Notes under the pieces: generated by a model
The model's database searches: none
What the model was told of the DNA's origin: nothing
Seen by the model: only the letters and a program-made list of their open reading frames with translations
Assembly (NCBI RefSeq): GCF_036321535.1
Contig: NC_087436.1
Span: 49,478,001 to 49,542,000 of the forward strand
DNA length: 64,000 nucleotides
Source: Camelus dromedarius
Taxonomy: Eukaryota
Direction: 5' to 3'
Shown: one piece after another, positions 52,441-64,000 of the stretch
Layout: the number at the start of each line of letters is the position of its first letter
How positions within the stretch are numbered: position 1 is the stretch's first letter
Position numbers and translations under genes: made by a program

Positions 52441-54914
52441 GCAGCAGCAATGTCTCCTCTGGGGGTCAGTGAACAAGCTGGAATTGTACATAGAAGGTGT
52501 GAGTGTGTGTGTGTGTGTGGCCAGGGAAAAGGCCCATTGCTTTAATCAGATTCTCGAAGGGATCTGACACAGCAACAATTAAAAACCACTGGACCAGTTG
52601 AAAACTGTCATGTAAACAGATAATTGCTATACAAGACAATTTGCAGCATGAGTGAGAGGCTGAAATGATGAAAGAATTGTGTGTGGGTGTGTGCGTGCAT
52701 GTGCATGCATATAAGTGCATGCATAGTAATAAAGAAAAAGTTGAGCAAATTTGTAGGCTGAAGGGTAGAAGCCAGAGAACAGGGAGTGATGGATTGAAGA
52801 CACCAAAATGTGAGGGGGAATGACTAATGTAATGAGGTCCCAGAAGATGCCTGAGGAGATAGTGTCCAATACCCTATAGTAGTGTTAACTTCGGGGATTA
52901 GGAGAGAGAACTCTTGTCTGATTTAGGAGGGAGGGAGGGAGAAGATGGGTGCCCCCGTGGGTGTCAGGCCGGCCGCAGGTGGAGGGGAAAGAGAAGACTT
53001 CTATTTTGTCTGTGATTCATGAACAAGGGCATCTAGTTAGCAGGAGGCATTCTTTGAGCATGTTGATATGTTAGAACAGCTGTAGGGGAAATCTGAAACA
53101 GAGCTGACTTGGGGACAAATAAAAGGGCTGCCAGTAGCACTAGGGACCCAGCCGATGCTGGAGAACATGGGTTTGTTGCAGGGCCAATAAACAGAGTTAT
53201 GGGATTTTTCCTTCCACGCCCAGCTGCCTGGAAACAGGAGTGGAGAAAGTTCACGGTCGGACCGATCCAGGGCTGGGGATTGGCAGAGCAGGTGCAGCAA
53301 CGTGTTTTGCTGGTAATCTGAAGTTCAGGAATCTCTGAATGAGGAAAAGGACTAATTTTGCTTTTTATTTTTTAAAAATAAGTTGGTCAATTATGGTGAG
53401 AGGCAGCTTTACAAACATAGTTATTCTCTGTGAGTTGTAATCCTCAGTCCTGGTACAATTTGTCATTGTTTTGAGCTCATAACCGGTATAACAGTATTTT
53501 CATATGGTTGAGGGTAAGTAGTATAGCGTGTCCCTTACTGTTTAAGTAAAATTTATATTGCTGCAGCCACCTCAGATTATATGTGTTCCTAGTACTCCCT
53601 TACTCCACTAGTGAAATCTGACAGAGAAAGGTAAGAGGAAAAAAAATAGAAGTTCTAAAAACATAATTACATACTCAGAATTGCTTACCTAAGCATCTTG
53701 CCATTAATTAGTATGTTGTAAATTTTGCTGCTGTAGCTGATAGTAAGGCATTGTATTTAGAGGAACCATTAAATGAGGACAAAAGGGAAACATCTGGAGT
53801 AGCTTAGCTCCCAGGCAGACTTCAGTCTGAAATGGCATTGTATTGCATTTCTCTGTTCCCGGTTGCCTGCCAAATCCCTGAATTTCCCTGATCTGGGTGA
53901 GGTTACATCATAAACATTTGGTAAAAATGGTGTGGCTGTTCTAAAGGCTGTCCATGTATCCTGAAGGCAAACACAGCCATGATAATCATCCCTCTGGTTT
54001 ACCCAATGACTTTCTTTGAAGTCTGTCATTTGTTTTCCATTTTCTCCAAATGGAGGTTTCATCTCTTTATCTAGTGATGACTGACAAGTGAGGCGAGCAA
54101 GCCACATCTGATCATGGACAATTATGTTTGAGGCTGAAATTAAATGTGACTTTTTGCATCCTTCCTCAGCAGAAAGAAGTTAGCAGGAGGCAAGCAAGTT
54201 AATACTCTAAAAGAGACTGTTGCTGCAACTGGCTCTGCCCCAGAAAACCCTCTCGCAGAATTTCAGTTGTTGAAACTAGCAGGTTTTCTCTCCAGGAACT
54301 AAGAGAAGTTTCTCCTCGCTCTGCCCTGCCAACTTGTAGACTGTCTTCAGCGGAGGCAGGGCTGCCAGAACAAATAGCGAGAGAAGCTACTCGACTCTAT
54401 TTATTTCAGAGTATGATAATTTGAGGGAAAATTAAAATTGTCAGTTTTTCATTACACCCTAAAGCTCTCAGAGCTGGTTATCCCATCAAGCCTCACAAAT
54501 ATACTTCTGCAGAAAATTGTATAAACAGATGGGAAAGCCAAGAAAAGGGGGATTCATGTGTTGCCAAAGGCCACACAGTATGTTCCGGGCAGGACGGGCA
54601 CCTGAACCTCCTGCCCAATCTGACCGCGGTCTCCCCGCTCCAGCCCCACAGCAGGTGCCACGTGGGTGCTGAGATCACCAGGTAAACACTGGGCAGGGGC
54701 CTGGTAGTGCAAGGGGCAGGGACAATAGATTTTAAACATACACAAAGTGATGACCCGTAACAAGCTCTATCAGAAGTCCAGAAACTGAGGATTCTGAGGA
54801 TGAGGACTGGCAGTTCCTCTTTGCATGCTGGGCATCCAGAGTGCAGCACATTAGTGGAAACCCAATCGGTGGTGAATAAATGCTGTCAAACACATTCAGA
54901 GCCTTTAAAAATGG

Positions 54915-55512
54915 AAGTCAGATAATCTCATTTCTCTGCTCAAAATGCATTGTGCAGTGGCTTCTCATTTTCCTCAAGACAAGTCCCCGTCCGGACCTAG
55001 GACCTAGGCGATCTAGTCCTTGCTGCCCCTCGGAAGTACTTCCCGCTCTCCCTTCCCCATTGTCTCCTCTCCACACCCTTCTGTTTCTCCTTCTCCATGG
55101 AGACAGCTCACTTTGCACAGCTCACTTTGCACTGGTGGTTCCTTAGGCCTGGACTCTCACTCTTGAGTACATACGTAAAAGCCTCCTTTACTTCAAGGCT
55201 CTGCCCAAATGTCACTTTTCATTGTCATTCCCACTGCCCTTTTAAAAACTGCAGCCCTTTCCCCAGCCCCTGGCCCACCCACACTTCTGATCCCCCTTAA
55301 CCAGCTCTAGTTCTTTCATAACACCACCTGCTAACTCTGATTTACTATGTCATTTACTTATTTGTCACATTGATGTTGTGTCCTCTGTCTCCCTCTTGCT
55401 AGGATGTTAGCCAACAAGGGCAAGGATTTTTGTCTGGTTCACAGATATCCCTAGTGTTTCACCCAGTGCCAAAATGCAGAGGATGCTTTGTAAACAACTG
55501 CTGAATGGATAA
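54915..55512 (+). mobile_element. L2 LINE 3' end
   Basis: gtcagataatctcatttctctgctcaaaa...caagggcaaggatttttgtctggttcacagatatccctagtg...ctgctgaatggataaat. Confidence 0.7.
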
Positions 55513-57725
55513 ATTAATACAACTGGATAGTGAGGCAAACTAGTGGATGAGTCAAGAGTGAAAACGGCACAGCATTTGTAAAAGTCCAGTGTAGTGGCGA
55601 ATGTCCCATCCGTCATGGTAAATTTAGAGGCTAACATTCATTTTCATATTCAGAAAACTCTTACAGCTTTCACAGCCAAACCTATTAACTTTCAAGCTTT
55701 TGTTTAATTAACAATGTGTAGTTTGATCCTAGTAAATCCTGACAGAAAGCACATGTGTGAATTGGTACTTCCCAAAGTGTGGCATGAGGCCCTCTGAATT
55801 ACAATTGCTTGGTACTCGTGTTCGGGTTCCTGAACTTACCCAGTTTACTGAATAATCGCTAAGGATTACATCCTCCAGTGATTCCAATGCATGCTAAATT
55901 TTGAAAATTACTAGTATACAGAAATCTATAGAAAATGATGGAACTAAGTAGAACAGGATTTCCCCTCCTATAGTATAATTGTTCCACAGGATGTTGATAG
56001 CATTTCAGTTTTAAAAAAGTGCTCCTCGAATTAATAAATTAGGGTAAAGCTAAGTTAAATAGACTCTTTTTGGCAACAGGAATTCTCAGAACCTTTAATA
56101 AGCTGACATTGTTGTGAATTACCCGTAGTAGAATATGGTATGTAGCATCCAGCTTTACACCATCACGGCATCTCTTATGAACTCTTAGGGGAGAGGTTTT
56201 TCTTTAAAGAAAAAGTCCGGGCATTTCTGTTATGGATAATATCTAAGATTCATTTTTGGTTCAAACAATCTATAATTCTCAATAATTCTGTTTTCTCTCT
56301 TGTTAACTTTCTTTAGTTTGTAACCTAGTTGGGGCTTTTTACACCCTTGAGAAAACGCGTAAAATAGTGTATCTGGATTTCATGGTTCTCAGGACTCACT
56401 CTTACACATGGTCTTGTGTGTGTGTGAATGTGAGAGAAGGGGAGATGGAAAGAGCAAACAGGCAAAGGATGAAAAGGGTAGCTGCAGGGAGGGTACACAG
56501 AACAGCCTGTATACAGTACACCTGAATGAGTGGGTCAGCTTGTTAAAGTCAAATTTGGTGGATTAATCTTTTGTGTGATGCCATGTATAGTGGGATGCAC
56601 ATGTGTAAATATCACTGGATATGAGCACATGTGGAGCCTGGCTCTCCTGTATTGATCACCACTAAACTATTCCTTGTGTTGTTTTCCATTCCTCTGGCCT
56701 GGTCCCTGGAAACAGGCTCGGTTTGGGCCTGGAATAAACAGCTTTCTCCCCCTTTGAAAGCCGTTCGAGGTCTACAGCACATTGCATCTTTCTGTGTAAT
56801 GGAAGTATCCACACATGGGCAATCGCTGTCTACAGACGCAATGAACCAAGTGGGAGGTAATGAGAAGTGACTGTCACGTCGTCTCCAGGGCCCCGTTCCT
56901 CCCCCTACACAATTATACTGTGACCCTAGAGAAATGGAGAAGACTGTAACATTCTTCCCCTTCCTAATGGTCTTCAAAGCAGCCCTTGCTTACCAGGGGG
57001 AGCTGAAATTCAGTGTTCTGCATTCGACAGTTCAGAGGATGTCCAAGGAAATATATGATTATAATATGGGAGGCAGTTCTATACACAATCATACACTCTT
57101 TCCTCAGCGCTGACTTGGCCTTTTGCCTGAAAGATGCCAGCAGACGAAGACGGTCCTTTCCTGATTTCCCCGGCATGTGTTTTTGTGGGAAGAACTGTTA
57201 CTTTCATAAAAGCAGAGTCCAGGGAGCAGGCTGTCGGGCAGAGCCGCATTTCAGTTAGAGAGATACAGGCCGAAGATTTACCAAAATAGCTCTTTTAAAT
57301 GATGATGATGAATGCAGTGATAACAGCTCCTGGATGCTCTGTCTCACCAAGCTTATTTCTGAGTTTCGTTTCACAGAGAGCACTGATTACAGTGACCATT
57401 TCCAATGACTTGTTCTTGGGTGAGAGGGAGGTGGCAGGGATTCAGAAAAGACAGAGGGTCACCCGCTGAGTCAATTTTTAGAGAGAGCGCCTCCAGAAAG
57501 TGCAAAAAGGTGGAAGCCTTTTAAAATTCCTTGCATTGTCTTCCTCTTGCACTTAGAGCTGAGGCTTGCCCATGCTCTGAGGGAAGTCTGCCAAGTGCTT
57601 GCTGCATAGTGAGTGGGAGCAAGCAGGGCGGCTGTGTTGCTTGGCAAAGAGAGAATAGCAGTGCAGGCGGGCTGCTGGCCGCACGACACCATTTTCATCC
57701 CCCCTGCGCCTCTGCCTGCGGGCAG

Positions 57726-57739
57726 CCCCCAGGTGGCAT
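57726..57739 (+). promoter_or_regulatory. Possible CTCF site
   Basis: CCCCCAGGTGGCAT versus core consensus CCASYAGRKGGCRS (2 mismatches) in a GC-rich, repeat-free patch. Confidence 0.35.
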
Positions 57740-58129
57740 TAGGGAGAATTAGCGTGTAAATCACAGAGCCTGCTAATTTCTCACCACTTCATTAGCTGAC
57801 AGTTCAATGAAAGCGCTCTTCTGCCATTCACCTCACGTCCGTGGTGCTGACGCCTCTCACCAGCAGGAGCAGAGTTCAATCACTTTTTGGTTCCCCACTC
57901 AGTGTGTGCTGGTTGATGCTCTGACCGTGCTACCGGCAATGACTTCCTCGGATGTCTCTGCACCATCTACCTCAGATCTCCTTTTGGTTCAGACTTGGGT
58001 TAGTGTCACCAGGAAGAGGAGGAAATTGCTCCTGATGCAGTCGTGTCTTTTTACAGAATGGGTTCAAAGATACTCCACAAAGAAGGAAAAAGTAATACCT
58101 TATGTTTAGAAGGACTCTCTCACACAGCA

Positions 58130-58315
58130 TTACTAATAGCTAATAGTTTTTGAGTGCTTACTATGTGTCAGGAGTTGTTCTGAGCACTTTACAGGTCATT
58201 AAATCCTGTTATTTCTGTCTTATGCAGGAGGAAACTGAGACACAGAGACATTAAGTTTATTGGCTAGGACACACAGCATTTTACTATAGGTGGTCTGGAT
58301 CCAGACCCCACACTT
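58130..58315 (-). mobile_element. MIR SINE
   Basis: tgagtgcttactatgtgtcagg...gaggaaactgagacacagagacattaag. Confidence 0.75.
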
Positions 58316-58595
58316 TAGGTATAGGTATTAAGGCATTTTGCTTTAAATAGTCATTTACTAAAAAGGACAAAAGAAGTGATTTACTTAGTTCCTGGATTGA
58401 CTCTAAAAATTAATGAAGCATCAACTATGTGTCACTATGCCAGAATTTCTTAACTATCAATCCTTTGAGTTTCATTTCCAGCAGTCAGAAGGTGTTTGTA
58501 GAAGACGGCCCTGTCTCTCCGGCATTGTGCTCATGTAGATATAAGAGAAAGGCAGGGTGTAACTTTACTGTTGAGAAATTTACAGACGTGTAGAC

Positions 58596-58788
58596 CAGGG
58601 GTTGAGAAAACTTTTCTCTATTAAGGGCCAGATAATAAAATATTTTTGGCAGTAAAGGTCACATGCTTTCTGTCCCAACAAGTGGAAATGAGCTGTAGAT
58701 GACCCGTAGATAAACAAGCATGTCTGTATCCTAATGAAACTTTACCAAAATCAGCAGCAGGCCATCTTTGGCTCATGGACTCCTTGCT
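58596..58788. mobile_element. MER58A-type hAT MITE
   Basis: caggggttgagaaaacttttctctattaagggccagataataaaatattttt...ctgtatcctaatgaaacttta. Confidence 0.75.
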
Positions 58789-59079
58789 CCAGAGGATAAA
58801 AGAAACCCCAAAAGAACCACAGGGAACAGTAGTTACTAATAGTGTGCTGGGAGGCAGAGCTGTGTGGTACTTCGAGTTCCTGCCTGTGAAGTGCACAGAT
58901 GAAGTCAAGGGTCCAGGAGCAGAGAGACCAGCATGCGTTTCAGTGATTAGGCGAGAGGTAGAGCGTGAGCCTTCCCTGTGGGAGGGGAAGTACTTGATGT
59001 ACGACTGTGAAATTAAGTGGGTTTCACCAACTGGTCCACAGTTCTTAGGACTATGGTTCGACTGATATCCTTTGGCCTT

Positions 59080-59550
59080 TCCTTCTTTGCTAACAGAACC
59101 CCAAGTCTGTTTGGCACCACCACAGGTTCAACTCTAAGCAATGACTCATAATTGATTACAGTCAACCTTAAGAGTACTCTCTAATTTCCCAGCCACGTGA
59201 CCCAGTTCTGGTCAGTTAGAAGTATGGACGCCTGCTGGACAAGGTGGGAAGGGGCTTTTGGGAAACCTTTTGCTTTTCTGATCAAAGAGACAGACCAAGT
59301 TAGTGCCACATGTCCCTTAGGTTTTCCTGCTGCAGTGGGAACACCAAGATGAGTTGTGACAGCCATTTTGGGGCTTTGAAGGAGCAGACTGCCATGCTGA
59401 GTGTGGGATACAGGGGCAGGGAAGAGGGGTCTGAGCCTTGAGGATACCGCTGAGCTACTGCACAGGTGTTGGGCTGCCTGCCTCAAGCCTCCTTGTAAGA
59501 GTTACCTAGGTGTTTTTATTGTTTTAAGTCACCGTTAGTTGAATAGCAAA
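59080..59550. mobile_element. MaLR LTR (MLT1I/J-like)
   Basis: gccacgtgacccagttctggtcagttaga...ggggcttttgggaaacctttt...acagccatttt. Confidence 0.6.
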
Positions 59551-60560
59551 TGTGTCTCTCTCTCATTTAATAAAAATTGAGTAGCTATTATATAGCGGCC
59601 CCTATTCTACATGCTACAGAATGAGGAGGAAGGATATTTGATACTTCGTGCTCTCCTCTCTTGCCGTTCTTTCCTTTTTGGCATCACACCTCTCCTCGTT
59701 CTGGAAGACCCAGCGTCAATGCTGTTACCACCACCAAACCTGAAGCAACCAATTCATTGAACTGTTAACTTTCTCTTTTATGTTTCCATTACACTAGTGT
59801 TTCTACTACTCTTTGGTTATTTTCATGTTGATGGTGGATTATGTTTATTGTATATGTGCTTGTCTGGACTGTGGACTCCTGCTACTCTGTCATTGTAATC
59901 TTCCACTGGTGTCACAGCCCTGTGTTACTCCTTTAAACAGCCATCCTTGTATCTGTAGGAGGGCCACGGCCACTTAACTGCATGCTCAGATGCATGCTTT
60001 CTGTGAAGAGTGTCCTGAACGTGAGCTCCATCCCATCACCTTACCCTGACTGGCAGTCAGTCCTCCCAGACAACGATGCACTTACTGTTGTCCTTTTCTT
60101 CTTCTCCCCATTCCTTGGATGTGCCTCACCACTTGTCTTTTCTAGACCTTCTCATCTGTATCCCCTCCCCAACTTTCTTACTTTGAAAAGGAGGCACAGA
60201 TCTTAGAGAAGAACGTGGAGAACAGTTACATTTTACACTCAGCAAGCCCTCAATCAATAATGTGCTTAAAAATAAGTGGATGGGCAAGTTAAAGTTTATG
60301 GAAAATAGACATTTAAAAACGTGATGCTGTTTATAGTAAGTTGGGGGTAAAAGAAAATAAAAAAACAATACCATTGTCTGCTAGTGGTATTTATTGAAAT
60401 GTGGGAAGGAAGACAAATACTGGCCTGAAAACTCCACTGTGATACTTAAGGCCAGTGTTCTCCTGATCACCCAGTGCCTCTGCAGCGCATTCTTGTTGGT
60501 ACACTAATCCTCTCTAAATAAGGGGGAAATAAGGAAAATAAGAGAACACAACTCCTTCCC

Positions 60561-62250
60561 AACTCAAGTTAGATCAGGAAACTATGGCAATTTTTGGAAT
60601 GTCAAGGGTAAAAATAAGGGAAGAATTAATCCTGTTAGCCCAAAATGAGAAGCTGTCACCACCAAAGCTGTAACTCTCTAAATGAATATAACACCTCCGA
60701 AAACTCTCACGGCGGCGCCAAGTATTTACATGTTCTCTGTGAATGTGGCATCTAACAGCAAGTGGTTTTGGTCATGAATCACACCATCTGCGTGATTACC
60801 CAGCCCTCGCTCGAGTACTCTGAACTCAGCAGTTGTACAACAGATGCATTTAAATATACAGTATTCCTCTTCACATAGTTCAGGATGGGTGTTAAGAACT
60901 GAGGGAAAACAACCAGCTTCCTTGAAACTCAGGCTCCATCTGACATCTCTCCAGACACCTTCCGTAACCATACTACATGCAGTCCCTGGAAGATAAGATT
61001 ATCATAATAGATTTACAGACAGTTAAACAGGTCAGCTTGACCCAGAACTTCAGCAGCTGCCTTCATAATCATTAATGACTCACTCATTCTGGAAGGTGAA
61101 ACCAGATCACTGCTGGGTTTTCATTTAAGTGGAAGTCTGTTTAGTTGTGGGAAGAAAATGAGTCTACAGAAGTCAGATTGTACATACTCCAGATAGATGA
61201 ATAAAAATAGTTTCACTATAATTCATTACTACCATGTTAGTAGCAGCGTCTCTTTGGAAAAATAACAGAGGGTGAGGTAGTTTTTGGTGAAAATATAAAA
61301 TCAAGAGTGAAAGATCACATCATACTGTACACCAGAAATTGCAAACTGACTGTACTACATTAAAAAAATGTTAAAAATGTGAAAGATCAAATTCCATCTT
61401 ATCCTTTATATTTTGTTTATTTAAATGATCCACAGGCCTTTAACAAAGTATTTTGTTTGGGGATTTCATATGGGGATTAATTCATCCTAATTGCAGGGAG
61501 GAGATCTAACATTGCCTTTATCAGAATGTGCGTATCCAGCATGGCTGTTAAGCTTTTCTGATTCATATCCTTGCCTCCAGTTGATGAGGTGACACCATGC
61601 TCTCTCCGGCTGGTCATAAGCCGTGCTAGGCCAGGGATGGATATTCCTTCCATGAAAGAGACAGGTTTTTCCCTTTGTCCACAGGCCCCTCTCCCGTTTT
61701 CCTCGGTGGTAGTGGTGTGTGTGGTCAGCACTGAAGCAGAGCATCCTCTAGGAATGCAGTAACAGAACCTGAGCAATTTAAAAAACGGGTGAAAGATGTG
61801 TTATTCTACATTAATGTGATAAAATTCCAAACAGTAAGTTTAACATGCCCAGAAAATGAGTTGTCATTAATATTTTCCTGCAGGTTTGGTGCACTGTGGC
61901 CACCATCCTGAAGCACAGGAACAGCCTCTGAGACAGTCATTGGAAACCAGTGTTCATGGGCAGCTGGATGACTGCCCCTGTTAGTGGTGTGACCAGCGTT
62001 GTATGAGTATGAGGAAACCACAGGAGCAAGAAGACCCGTATGCTGTCAGTACAGACAGATCCCAGGGAGCCTTGGCATCATGAGTCTTAATAGTGCTGCT
62101 ACCCCTTTTTCTCAGAAAAATACAAAAAACATTATCTCTGAACTCAAAATAGATCATGAACTCGCAACAATCTCTGGAATGTCAGGAGTAAAATTAAGAA
62201 ATGGAGAATTAATCCTGTTAGCACAAATGAGGTGGTGTCCCCACCAAAAG
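60561..62250 (+). repeat. Diverged ~110-bp direct repeat pair (60561-60667 and 62141-62250)
   Basis: Shared 18-nt core agaattaatcctgttagc (60622 and 62205) with alignable flanks. Confidence 0.85.
61318..61378 (+). mobile_element. Extremely 5'-truncated L1
   Basis: ctgtacaccagaaattgcaaactgactgtactacattaaaaaaa flanked by the 11-bp TSD gtgaaagatca (61307-61317, 61379-61389). Confidence 0.8.
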
Positions 62251-63879
62251 ACACTGACAAGATGGTTACCAGGACCGGAACAGGAAGAGACAGCTGGGAT
62301 GCTCCGAAGAGTCTTTACCTGCCCTGAGTGGATAATAAACAAGTACGTAAGTCCCTCTTCTCTACCTATGATTTTAAATCTTCATCCATAAATCACTATA
62401 CTTCACATGGGCCTATGGATTCCTAGGACATTTTTAATCAAATTGTTTATATAGACAGAGGCTCTGCTGAAAAATAAAAAAATTGCCCAGGACCCCACAT
62501 AACAGATGGTCCCAACCTGGAGACCCAGGTTGACTCTGTACTGTGTTTATTTTGTTGTCAACAGGTGAACACTGAAAAGGTATTTAGCATAATGTAACAA
62601 CCAAGTTTTATTTCAGAATTGTAACATGCAAAGAGACCTTGTGGGATGATTTAGTGGGCATGAAAGAAATGATCATAGGCCCAGGGAGGTTGGGAGACCA
62701 GTGGAATTGTCCGTGTGAGGGCTGACTTACAGGGCAAGGGGGAGGACCTGAGGTTTCAAATGCAGAGGGAGATGAGAATGCTCATGCCTGTAACAGAATT
62801 AGTGACATCTGAAGGAGAGAGAAGTGTTTTGAAGGGAAAGAATGTATTTGGAATTTTATGCTTTGGAACGTTGGTTATTTAATTTGAATTTTAAGAAGGA
62901 TGACACTAGTGGAATGTCTGACTGAATTTTGCTCACACTGAAATCCAAAGGTCTTTTGGCTGCAGTTTCTCAGAAACATTCATTAAATCTTTGAATAATC
63001 AGAAACCTTATTTAGACATTCAGCAGAGTTCTCTAAACCTGCCATTACCTAAGCATTTCCAAATCAGTTAGATCAGTTTCCCAGAACAAGTAGGAGAGAA
63101 ACGATCTGGCCTTTTCATATTTAGAGCTACTTCCATCGTCATCTATATACAGCACAATTTTGAGATCCAACAGGAGACTATTGGAAAAAAAAAAAAAAAG
63201 AAAAAAAAATCCAAACACTTTTGATGTTTCTGACTTGTTTCTGCTAAGGAATATGAAATTCAGACCGCATCACCAAATGATTATTCAGATAGCACTCCTG
63301 TACTCTTGTTCTCCCTCAGAACGGAAACAAGCCCAATCAACATTCGCATGTGGGTAAAGGAACATTGCTAAGAGTGAAAACACATCTTGGGCTTTGTGTG
63401 TGTCTGTGTATTAGCACAGTGCCCCAGGCTCTCACCAAATAGGAGGCACTGAGTGTGGCAAACAAGTCAATAAAAAGCAAGGGGTTGGGAGAGAAAAGTA
63501 ATTATCAGCGGCTATCAAAATTTGACTAATAGTTATGCTGTTGTAATGAAGGTCCTTGACAGTCTTAGTGACTAAAATGCTCACAGAACGCCTCTTTTCT
63601 TAACCACGTCGTGGGTTTTCATACATGATGACTGATTTGGCAAAATTCTGTTATGTACTGCACGCTGATTAACGTGGCTTAGAGAAGGGGCAGTAAAAGG
63701 ACTCTACTTACAAAGAGTCACAATATATTAGATATTTAAAAATTGAGTAATAGAGAATTAAAATTTTAAATTAATTTTGTTTTGGGAAGAATTCACAGTA
63801 ATAATAATAAAGTATTTTTTAAGTACATAAAAACTTTTTCCCCAACATTTTCCTCGTTATATGTCCATGACAAGGCTAT

Positions 63880-64000
63880 TAAAAATAATAATACTTTGGT
63901 GACAAGGAAATTGAAGCACAGACTTTAAGAAATTTTCATATAGTTGTTTAGTGTCAAAGGCAGAAATAAGGAGAAGAACCTCCAGAACCTTCCCACTGGG
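63880..64000 (-). mobile_element. MIR fragment
   Basis: gacaaggaaattgaagcacagac...ggcagaa...agaacc. Confidence 0.45.

Noticed and set aside
61834..61883. GTAAGT...CCTGCAG as an intron
   Set aside because: Only 50 nt, below the usual minimum for mammalian introns
1..64000. CRISPR arrays, operons or prokaryotic defence systems
   Set aside because: The sequence is mammalian; there are no regularly spaced repeats or dense long ORFs

Overview
AT-rich, repeat-dense mammalian genomic DNA, most likely from a camelid (camel/alpaca). The species call rests on five copies of a tRNA-derived Vic-1-type SINE and cetartiodactyl-type L1 3' ends. I see no intact protein-coding gene, true RNA gene, CRISPR array or prokaryotic system. 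Most ORF-track entries are chance ORFs or repeat-derived. Much of the window is old interspersed repeat (L1, L2, L3/CR1, MIR, MaLR/ERV LTRs, hAT and Tigger elements). The structure not explained by repeats is as follows. (1) A collinear series of + strand fragments, several with splice-site flanks (~0.46-27.9 kb), that by eye follow the motif order of the C-terminal part of an axonemal-type dynein heavy chain and end at an AATAAA; this is a candidate unitary pseudogene. (2) A CpG-rich, intron-containing, frameshifted coiled-coil gene remnant at ~2.96-3.92 kb. (3) A 22-bp hairpin at 49.6 kb. (4) A diverged ~110-bp duplication at 60.6/62.2 kb that looks as if it was once coding. All family assignments come from recognition by eye, not from database searches.
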